A DNA stretch of 24,937 nt from a virus (Duplodnaviria; Caudoviricetes): positions 1 through 24,937 of the IMG/VR virus record IMGVR_UViG_3300025652_000505; one strand, given 5' to 3'. The translations under genes were made by a program, and so were the position numbers. Shown here piece by piece: positions 9,411-15,873 of this stretch (its first letter is position 1; each line of letters begins with the position of its first letter). The notes under the pieces were generated by a model. The model was not told the DNA's origin. It was given only the letters and a program-made list of their open reading frames with translations, and ran no database searches.

Positions 9411-9441
9411 ATATATATAACGTTTTTTTTGATAAACTTTG
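9411..9441 (-). promoter_or_regulatory. Putative phage late promoter (copy 3)
   Basis: CAAAGTTTATCAAAAAAAACGTTATATATAT followed by the ATG of the first tail gene. Lies just downstream of a terminator. Confidence 0.7.
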
Positions 9442-9457
9442 TGTTAATGTTTCAATT

Positions 9458-9487
9458 AAAAAAGAGGGGCTATGGTATGCCCCCCTT
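9458..9487 (-). terminator. Rho-independent terminator
   Basis: Minus strand AAGGGGGGC-ATACCATA-GCCCCTCTT-TTTT: a 9 bp stem with one G-U pair and a U tract. Confidence 0.75.
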
Positions 9488-9541
9488 GTGATGTAATTAA
9501 TATTATGATCTACGTCTAGACCTTTTGCCTCTACTGGTACT

Positions 9542-9670
9542 TTACATCATGTCTGCTTCGAAGCAACTATTACTGCAATAGTGCTTGTTTTCGTATAACG
9601 GCTTTTCGCAGTGCGAACAACTGTATTCGGGTTCTTCTGGCGGTGTATCGTAATCAAAGAATCTGCTCAT
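9542..9670 (-). CDS. Small zinc-finger protein (42 aa)
   Basis: MSRFFDYDTPPEEPEYSCSHCEKPLYENKHYCSNSCFEADMM*, with a CxxC...YCSxxC treble-clef-like pattern. Confidence 0.7.
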   Translation of the reverse strand: MSRFFDYDTPPEEPEYSCSHCEKPLYENKHYCSNSCFEADMM

Positions 9671-9673
9671 GGT

Positions 9674-9796
9674 TTATATGTTAAAAATTATACTGATTAA
9701 TATTCTGCCAATAAAATAGCCTGGTATTATTACTAGCATTATGTTCTGTAGTTTCTTAAACTGTCTGCCTAATTTGGCTGCTCTACTGTTTTTCAT
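9674..9796 (-). CDS. Small membrane protein (40 aa)
   Basis: MKNSRAAKLGRQFKKLQNIMLVIIPGYFIGRILISIIFNI*: basic N-terminus plus one hydrophobic helix. Tiles exactly between its neighbours. Confidence 0.6.
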   Translation of the reverse strand: MKNSRAAKLGRQFKKLQNIMLVIIPGYFIGRILISIIFNI

Positions 9797-9797
9797 G

Positions 9798-9983
9798 TTA
9801 TCTATGTAAAATTAAATCTAATTGATCTGCCACATAGTTAATGTGTTTCTGTGTAGTCTGCGACCAATATCCTAGTTGGTAAAGATCGTTGCCGTCTATG
9901 GTTGCTACGTGCGTTGTATAGCTCCATACTTGGTTTCCTCTAATCGATAAATTTTGCTTGTACTTGTCTAATGATGTTCTCAT
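9798..9983 (-). CDS. Hypothetical protein (61 aa)
   Basis: ORF track. Contains SYTTHVA and WSQTTQKHINY segments and has an A-rich leader. Confidence 0.7.
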   Translation of the reverse strand: MRTSLDKYKQNLSIRGNQVWSYTTHVATIDGNDLYQLGYWSQTTQKHINYVADQLDLILHR

Positions 9984-9986
9984 GTT

Positions 9987-10133
9987 CTATTTATTTATTA
10001 ATTGTTTTACTACTCTTATTGCTTCTCTAGTCTTTTCTAATTTGGCTGTGTAAATACCTGTTTCGTCTCCTTGAGATATTGCTCTAGATAATCTGTCGTA
10101 ATCGTCTTTTAATAATTGTAATGCTAATTCCAT
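9987..10133 (-). CDS. Small helical protein (48 aa)
   Basis: MELALQLLKDDYDRLSRAISQGDETGIYTAKLEKTREAIRVVKQLINK*. First ORF after the promoter at 10173-10204. Confidence 0.6.
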   Translation of the reverse strand: MELALQLLKDDYDRLSRAISQGDETGIYTAKLEKTREAIRVVKQLINK

Positions 10134-10172
10134 TTGTTCTGTTTTTATACTACCTTAATTAGTAATATACTG

Positions 10173-10216
10173 CTAATATATAACCAATAAAGTTATAATA
10201 CAAATAATTTCATAAC
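10173..10216 (-). promoter_or_regulatory. Bacteroidota-type housekeeping promoter overlapped by an inverted repeat
   Basis: TTTG (10204-10201)-N20-TATATTAG (10180-10173), close to the -33 TTTG / -7 TAnnTTTG consensus. GTTAT-N15-ATAAC at 10192-10216. Confidence 0.65.
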
Positions 10217-10221
10217 TATTT

Positions 10222-11385
10222 TTAATTAATAGCATAAGTCCCGAATCTAGGCTTGGACAGTATCGAATATGTAGCATAGCGACAGGGATCGATTATATGA
10301 TTGTTGTCATCTACAGGCGTATTTAGTAAAGCACCAGTCTTGTCTTCTTTCCACTTATAGTTTCTAAACTCTGATATAGCATTACTAGACGTTGACAGTA
10401 TATTTATCTTGTATCGTTTTAATAGATCTATTCCTGCATTAACAGAGTCTTTACCTTTTAGGCTTGGAAAAATGTTATGTCCCATGCGTCTTAGCTCCTC
10501 AATAAGTCTAGGCTCTGCACTATCGGCGTATATAGGTTTGTTCTCTAGCTTCTCGCTTAACAGGAATTTATGTATGTCAGTAGTCGTCATAGCGGTTCTA
10601 TATAAATGCTCTTTTACATATAGGTTTATGTCTTTAGTATAAACTGAAACAAGCGTACTAGGATCATTAGAAAAGCCAAAGTCCATTCCGTATGCTACTA
10701 GGTCTGCGTCTTCTGGAATATGTGAAACCTCAGCGTATCTAAATACGGTGCTTCGACTTGCAGCCCTTTCGCCTAATCCGTATATCTGCCAGTACTGTTC
10801 GTCAGTATCTTTAAGAAGCTCGATCTCTTTTTTTATTGACTCCTCGACAAAAGGATTATCTAAGTATGTAGTCTTAAAGAAAGCGCAGTCGTCTCTAGGC
10901 AGTACCTTGTCGTATATCCAATGATACTCGTCTGACGGATTAAAGTCAATAACAATACGCTCTTGTGTTCTAAAAACTAGCTGTTGCCAATCCTCCCAAA
11001 ATAACTCGTTGCCTTCATTAATAAAAAGCAGATCTCTTTTACGTCCTCTAATCTTTTGCGGTTGATCAAGCGATATAAACTCGATTAAGTTTCCGAACAG
11101 ATAATATTCAGAATTAGATTTATTATGATACTTTTCACTGTAAAGGTTATGACCTTCTAATATGCTCATAAAGTCTCTTAAAACAGTAGCACGTAAGCTA
11201 GGAAACGATTTACGGCATACAGTAATAACCTTATTTTTATTATTAGTGCAATACTCGAAAATAATCCAAAGTATTATGTTATATGTTTTACCTGACCTAG
11301 TACCGCCTTGCTCAACTATAATCTTTTTGTCAGAGATTAATAAGTGATCATATACGATATTAGTCTTTATCTTTATTTGATCCAA
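10222..11385 (-). CDS. terL: Terminase large subunit (PBSX/SPP1-like)
   Basis: Walker A GGTRSGKT, Walker B LLFINEG, FNP coupling motif and TTYLDNPF. Nuclease motifs GMDFG, ADSAEP and NHIIDPCRY. Confidence 0.95.
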   Translation of the reverse strand: MDQIKIKTNIVYDHLLISDKKIIVEQGGTRSGKTYNIILWIIFEYCTNNKNKVITVCRKSFPSLRATVLRDFMSILEGHNLYSEKYHNKSNSEYYLFGNLIEFISLDQPQKIRGRKRDLLFINEGNELFWEDWQQLVFRTQERIVIDFNPSDEYHWIYDKVLPRDDCAFFKTTYLDNPFVEESIKKEIELLKDTDEQYWQIYGLGERAASRSTVFRYAEVSHIPEDADLVAYGMDFGFSNDPSTLVSVYTKDINLYVKEHLYRTAMTTTDIHKFLLSEKLENKPIYADSAEPRLIEELRRMGHNIFPSLKGKDSVNAGIDLLKRYKINILSTSSNAISEFRNYKWKEDKTGALLNTPVDDNNHIIDPCRYATYSILSKPRFGTYAIN

Positions 11386-11719
11386 TTATCTCGATTTGAA
11401 AGTTAGTAGGCATTCCTTCTGCTCCTGTAATTTCTTGACGTTCTACATACCCTCTGTTCTTGCCTTTCGTCTTTAGGTAAAATATAGTCGCTGAGGTATT
11501 GTTAGCTGATATTTGATTGTGGAGCTTACTCTCTGCAAAGTCTAAAGCTACATTCTCAATATCCCGCACCTCTTCGGCAAAGACAGAATCTTCTTTTAGC
11601 CATTTATAGTATGTGCTTCTAGGAATACCTGCCTCCCTACAGGCTACCGTTACAACGCCTAAGCTCTGCTCTAGTGATTTTAATAGTGTTTCCTTTTTTA
11701 TGTGTCTACTTTTGTCCAT
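11360..11719 (-). CDS. terS: Terminase small subunit
   Basis: N-terminal HTH (ACREAGIPRSTYYKW) and ATIFYLKTKGK.RGY. Overlaps the terL start. Confidence 0.8.
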   Translation of the reverse strand: MDKSRHIKKETLLKSLEQSLGVVTVACREAGIPRSTYYKWLKEDSVFAEEVRDIENVALDFAESKLHNQISANNTSATIFYLKTKGKNRGYVERQEITGAEGMPTNFQIEIIGSNKDKD

Positions 11720-11841
11720 TATATTTGTGTTAAAATTATTATTATTAGTGCTATAAAGGCAACGAGTATAGCTTTAACGCTACTTGAATATTGTTTGTCT
11801 GACCTTCCTTGCCTCGATCTAAATTGTCTTTGTTTTTTCAT
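11719..11841 (-). CDS. Small membrane protein (40 aa)
   Basis: MKKQRQFRSRQGRSDKQYSSSVKAILVAFIALIIIILTQI*. The stop overlaps the terS ATG (TAATG). Confidence 0.65.
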   Translation of the reverse strand: MKKQRQFRSRQGRSDKQYSSSVKAILVAFIALIIIILTQI

Positions 11842-12484
11842 CTTGTTTATGTTTTAATTTTAGGCGTATTTGATTAGCGGACTCCCAAGCCTTATTGTAT
11901 TCCGCATCAGCGAATAACTTAGAGAATCCTGTTATGTGTTTTAACTTAACTAACTCCTCAACTCCCATGCCTAACTCGTTGCAGATCTCTTTATCGCTCC
12001 ACCCGTTCTCTAACATAGTAAACACCATGCTTGACATTCCTGCTATTGAGTGCATACCTCTTGCTCTATTGTGGCGTACCGTACTTGCCATACGGTCGTT
12101 TATATCCTTTTCCAATACTACGATCGGCAGACGTCCTTTATTACGTTCTAGGATGTCCGCATTAGTCTTAGCAGTATAGTATCTGTGAAACCCGTCTATA
12201 ATAACATACATTTTCTTTTCGTTGTCATATATCGTTACGATTGGTTGCGTATAGCCATCATGCTTAATAGACGTATATAAAAGCCCCATTTCTTTTTTAG
12301 CTACTGAGTTAGGGTTGTAGTCGTTTGGGCAGACCTCCTCGATCCGTACCCATCTAATCCTGTTTACAGGCTGATCTTTTAATGGCGATAGGTTGTGCAG
12401 TAATTCTTTGATCTCTTCTATTATAGAAATTTGATCTCCTGCCTTTATCTCTTTAGTCAATAGGTTTTTTAAAGTTGCTTTCAT
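11819..12484 (-). CDS. ibrB: IbrB-like ParB/Sulfiredoxin-domain protein
   Basis: PNDYNPNSVA, SIKHDGYTQPIV, IIDGFHR and RMASTVRHNRARG, with a C-terminal HTH-like EICNELGM. ATGA overlap with the ibrA-like gene. Confidence 0.85.
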   Translation of the reverse strand: MKATLKNLLTKEIKAGDQISIIEEIKELLHNLSPLKDQPVNRIRWVRIEEVCPNDYNPNSVAKKEMGLLYTSIKHDGYTQPIVTIYDNEKKMYVIIDGFHRYYTAKTNADILERNKGRLPIVVLEKDINDRMASTVRHNRARGMHSIAGMSSMVFTMLENGWSDKEICNELGMGVEELVKLKHITGFSKLFADAEYNKAWESANQIRLKLKHKQDEKTKTI

Positions 12485-13647
12485 ATAAGTCCTTTTACGT
12501 ATTTGTCATATTTTCGATTAATCTCGATGTTTTTGCTTGTCAGTTTTCCGTCAGCATATTTCTTTACTGTATTAAAGTACGGCGATGTAAGAAAGTTGCC
12601 GAGCTTAGTAAAGTCAAAGTCTTGTGACAGGACTGTTTTAACTAACGTTTTATAGAAATCCACATATACCTTGTTCGATACCATGTACTTTTTATTCTTT
12701 TCTATTTTCTTATGCATCTTTTTTAGAAACTCCTCGTCGTTTGCGAGATTTTCTGCTAAGTATAATGCGTACTCTTTCCACGACTTAAACATATACGGCA
12801 GATCCGCAGGGCATTTAAAGGCATCACTTTTAAGATGTTTGATTGCATTAGTTCCGTCTATACGTTCAGCGATCCTATTCCATGTATTAGGCTCTATCTC
12901 CTGTATTAATAATAAGTTTTGAATGGCAGTTTCATGATGCAGGTTAGAGATCCGCATATCGCTTACACTTACGCCGTGTGTAAATAAGGCATCATAAATC
13001 TTGTTGTATTTTATATTGTTATCAAAGATGTATTTCCAGACGTCGCTATAACTCCAATCATAAATAGGATAAAATGTATAATGCCCTTTGCTTTCGTTTA
13101 GCTTCTTGCCCCATGTAATATCTTTATATGTTAAAGAGCTTGTAAGGCTCATCATTCTCTTAGGGCTTTCTTCTGTTCTAACACCCGAAATGTAGCACGA
13201 CTTTTGATTAGGAAAATGCACAGCAAAAATCTTTTCGAATAGCTCATGAAATCCAAAGTCTAAATACTTGTTTTCTTTTATAGAGATCTCTGAGCGTTCT
13301 CGCATGTGCTTAACTCCGTCTTGCCATATATAAATGTATTTACTATGTGAGCTTACGTTATTAAACCACTTCATTGGCATTTGAAACCACATAGGCTCGA
13401 TCCTTTTGTCTTCAAATACTGATTCGCAATAGTCAGCCGTACCTTGCCACTCAGCTTCTTGATCAACCCATAATACTTTTAACGGTAGTCTGTTTCGCTC
13501 CTCTGCTATTTTTAATGTAAGGTTAAGGCATACAGTACTGTCCTTGCCTCCCGAAAATCCGACTACTACATTCTCGAAATCGTCAAAGAGCCTGTGTATT
13601 CTTTTTTCTGCTTCAACGAGTACATTGTTTTTACTGTATACCTTCAT
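12481..13647 (-). CDS. ibrA: IbrA-like PAPS-reductase-family PP-loop protein (DUF3440 type)
   Basis: PP-loop FSGGKDS, DQEAE, GVRTEESPKR, YPIYDWSYSDVW and MRIS. Confidence 0.85.
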   Translation of the reverse strand: MKVYSKNNVLVEAEKRIHRLFDDFENVVVGFSGGKDSTVCLNLTLKIAEERNRLPLKVLWVDQEAEWQGTADYCESVFEDKRIEPMWFQMPMKWFNNVSSHSKYIYIWQDGVKHMRERSEISIKENKYLDFGFHELFEKIFAVHFPNQKSCYISGVRTEESPKRMMSLTSSLTYKDITWGKKLNESKGHYTFYPIYDWSYSDVWKYIFDNNIKYNKIYDALFTHGVSVSDMRISNLHHETAIQNLLLIQEIEPNTWNRIAERIDGTNAIKHLKSDAFKCPADLPYMFKSWKEYALYLAENLANDEEFLKKMHKKIEKNKKYMVSNKVYVDFYKTLVKTVLSQDFDFTKLGNFLTSPYFNTVKKYADGKLTSKNIEINRKYDKYVKGLI

Positions 13648-13669
13648 GTTATTTTTATGTTATTCTATG

Positions 13670-14293
13670 TTAGTTTTTATCTCTTTTTAAAGAGTTGATA
13701 GTTTTTTCCAATCGTTTAGAATTAAACTCGTTTCCTACAAACCTCATCTTGTTTTGTATTGCACTACGAGCAGAGTTTCCCATACCGCATGTAGGATCTA
13801 ACAGAATAGCCCCCTCCTTAGCTAATAAAGGAATTGCGACCTTTAAACTATCCTCATCTATTGCCCCCTCTAAGGCATCTAAATTAGGCAATACTAGATT
13901 AGGGTTCGTTGTTCCTACAATTACGGGATTTGTAAGCAGCTTACTGCCTGACTTATATCTAAGGTTATAAACTCTCTCATTATATATAACATCTTTAACG
14001 TCGTTTAATGTTTCGTCTAGCCATTTATTTCCTGTCTCTAAAAAGACATAACCGTCAACATGATTTTTAATCATATTCTTTATTATCTTAATAAGACTTT
14101 TATATGACATAGCCTCGTTTTCCTGTCCCGTATGACGTTTGTTTAGTGTACACCAATATTTCATGTTGCCATCGCCCCAAGGTGGATCTGTGTAAAGTAT
14201 ATGCGCCTTAGATCCTTTTAATAATTTGTTAAAGTCTACGTTTTGCACATCTTCATTTGATACTGTGTGTTTTCCGATTTCTATTGTTTTCAT
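13670..14293 (-). CDS. Compact N6-adenine/N4-cytosine methyltransferase-fold protein (beta-class motif order)
   Basis: Motif IV YTDPPW near the N-terminus. Motif I LLDPTCGMGNS and motif II FVGNEFN near the C-terminus. Only 207 aa. Confidence 0.8.
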   Translation of the reverse strand: MKTIEIGKHTVSNEDVQNVDFNKLLKGSKAHILYTDPPWGDGNMKYWCTLNKRHTGQENEAMSYKSLIKIIKNMIKNHVDGYVFLETGNKWLDETLNDVKDVIYNERVYNLRYKSGSKLLTNPVIVGTTNPNLVLPNLDALEGAIDEDSLKVAIPLLAKEGAILLDPTCGMGNSARSAIQNKMRFVGNEFNSKRLEKTINSLKRDKN

Positions 14294-14296
14294 AAT

Positions 14297-14575
14297 TTAT
14301 ATTTTTGCTCGATTAATTATTGCAGTCGGATCGTCAAATCCTTTTTCGTCTGTCATTACCCAATATTTATAGTCTCCTATATTATAGTATGTATATTCTT
14401 TATTGTAAAATTTCTCTTTATATCCGTTATCGTTTATATACTGCATCGCTTTTAAAAACACAGAATCCGAATAGTATTTTCTGCATATCCAACTATGCGG
14501 AATGTTAGCCATAGACTTAGCGAATGTGAATGTTGTTTCTAATTCTAAAAATAAATGTATCTCTTCTTTTGTCAT
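14297..14575 (-). CDS. Hypothetical aromatic-rich protein (92 aa)
   Basis: FTFAKSMANIPHSW...YTYYNIGDYKYWVM. ATGA overlap with speD, and 3 nt from the MTase-fold gene. Confidence 0.75.
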   Translation of the reverse strand: MTKEEIHLFLELETTFTFAKSMANIPHSWICRKYYSDSVFLKAMQYINDNGYKEKFYNKEYTYYNIGDYKYWVMTDEKGFDDPTAIINRAKI

Positions 14576-14940
14576 AGCGTTGATCCTCTTAGTATTACTG
14601 TTTCTTTTAAATGTTCGGGCGTAAATAGATTGTCGATGTATTTAATAACAGACCCATGCTCGAAATCCTTACAAGAGTATATGTCGGCAGAGAAATAATC
14701 TAACTCTGGAAACGCATGAAAAGTAAAATGCGACTCCATAAATATAATACCTCCTGTAATCCCTATGCTTTTAATGTCAATCATGGTTTCGTCTACTACA
14801 TAGATTAAAGGATCAGAGAGCGGTTTTAAGCCTATTAGTTTTGTAATATCTAGTAACATACTCCTGATAAGATCTTCGTCGTTTAAAGGATCTCTATTGC
14901 ATCCGTAGGCATCTATAAGTAAATGTTTTCCGTTTCTCAT
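14572..14940 (-). CDS. speD: Pyruvoyl-dependent S-adenosylmethionine decarboxylase family proenzyme
   Basis: GKHLLIDAYGC, GITG and the autocleavage motif E|SH in ESHFTFHAFPE. Catalytic Cys in DIYSCK, C-terminal RG. Confidence 0.88.
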   Translation of the reverse strand: MRNGKHLLIDAYGCNRDPLNDEDLIRSMLLDITKLIGLKPLSDPLIYVVDETMIDIKSIGITGGIIFMESHFTFHAFPELDYFSADIYSCKDFEHGSVIKYIDNLFTPEHLKETVILRGSTL

Positions 14941-15485
14941 TCCTGCGCTACATTAAATTCGTGTCCGCACTCTGGGCACATAGTTTCAATAAATTTTTTT
15001 TCTGTTCCTTTTTGGAATGTGCTTCCTATGTTATCCGCTCCCTTTTGAATATCAGCGTCAGTAACTTCTTGATCCGATTGACCAGGAAACATCTCGGGTT
15101 TAAAGTCTGTAGTCTCAATTTTGTTTTCCCAAACTCCCAGTCCCCAATCGTTTAGTTCGCTAGAAGTCCAATCGTTAGCAAGGATGTCCCAATCCCAATC
15201 GCCAAAACTGACGTTGTCTTTAATAATAAATTGCTCTATCTGTGCTTCTGTTAGGTTCTCTGCTCGTATTACTGGGATCTCTTTAAGTCCAATCTCTTTA
15301 CAGGCTTGATAACGCATATTGCCACCTATAATGCCACCCTCTGCATTTACAACGATAGGTCTTAGGTTTAACATTTCTGGAAAATCCTTAATGCTTTTAA
15401 CTAGCTTTTTAAATTCTGCCTCTTTAATGCTCCTCGGGTTTGTAGGATTAGAAAAGACTTCTGTTATTTTTACTTTCTCAATCAT
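14937..15485 (-). CDS. ParB-like N-terminal domain protein with C-terminal Zn-ribbon half-site
   Basis: NPTNPR, LVKSIKDF, RPIVV, IIGGNMRY, IIKDN and GDWDW. Ends in CPECGHEF. Confidence 0.85.
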   Translation of the reverse strand: MIEKVKITEVFSNPTNPRSIKEAEFKKLVKSIKDFPEMLNLRPIVVNAEGGIIGGNMRYQACKEIGLKEIPVIRAENLTEAQIEQFIIKDNVSFGDWDWDILANDWTSSELNDWGLGVWENKIETTDFKPEMFPGQSDQEVTDADIQKGADNIGSTFQKGTEKKFIETMCPECGHEFNVAQE

Positions 15486-15489
15486 ATCT

Positions 15490-15873
15490 TTATTTGTTTA
15501 GTTGTTCCTCTAGTTTCTTTTCTAGTCTTTTGCATTTCTTTTCTAGATAGTCTATTTGATTAATTTCGTCATGTGATATATCGGGATCAAAAACAAACTG
15601 ACTCTGTAGGTTTATTAGCTCTGAGTTTTGTTGTTGATAGTAAGGGTATTTTTTATAGCTGTGCATTACATTTGCCATATTAATTTTCTTACCGTTTTGG
15701 TCATAAAACAGAACTATATTTTTCCATCTCATTTTTAGCTTGTCTCTTAGCAAGTAAGTTAGTAAGGCTCTAACCTCAACAACTTTGCGCTCTCGGTTAT
15801 TAGCAAAGACGTCGATCCCTGAAAGCTCAGAGATCTTGTCTGCTATGTTTATAGGTTTTGAATTATTTAGCAT
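15490..15873 (-). CDS. Putative DNA-binding protein resembling the DnaA C-terminal HTH domain
   Basis: RERKVVEVRALLTYLLR...NMANVMHS resembles DnaA domain IV (R...V.AR....YL.R...DHTTV.H). Confidence 0.5.
   Translation of the reverse strand: MLNNSKPINIADKISELSGIDVFANNRERKVVEVRALLTYLLRDKLKMRWKNIVLFYDQNGKKINMANVMHSYKKYPYYQQQNSELINLQSQFVFDPDISHDEINQIDYLEKKCKRLEKKLEEQLNK

Noticed and set aside
9488-9541. Non-coding 54 nt before the terminator as a possible small RNA
   Set aside because: No convincing secondary structure or recognisable family. It is most simply a 3' UTR.
12481-13647. Sulfate-assimilation PAPS reductase (cysH) auxiliary metabolic gene
   Set aside because: It lacks the C-terminal ECGLH motif, is longer than CysH and is paired with an IbrB-like gene.
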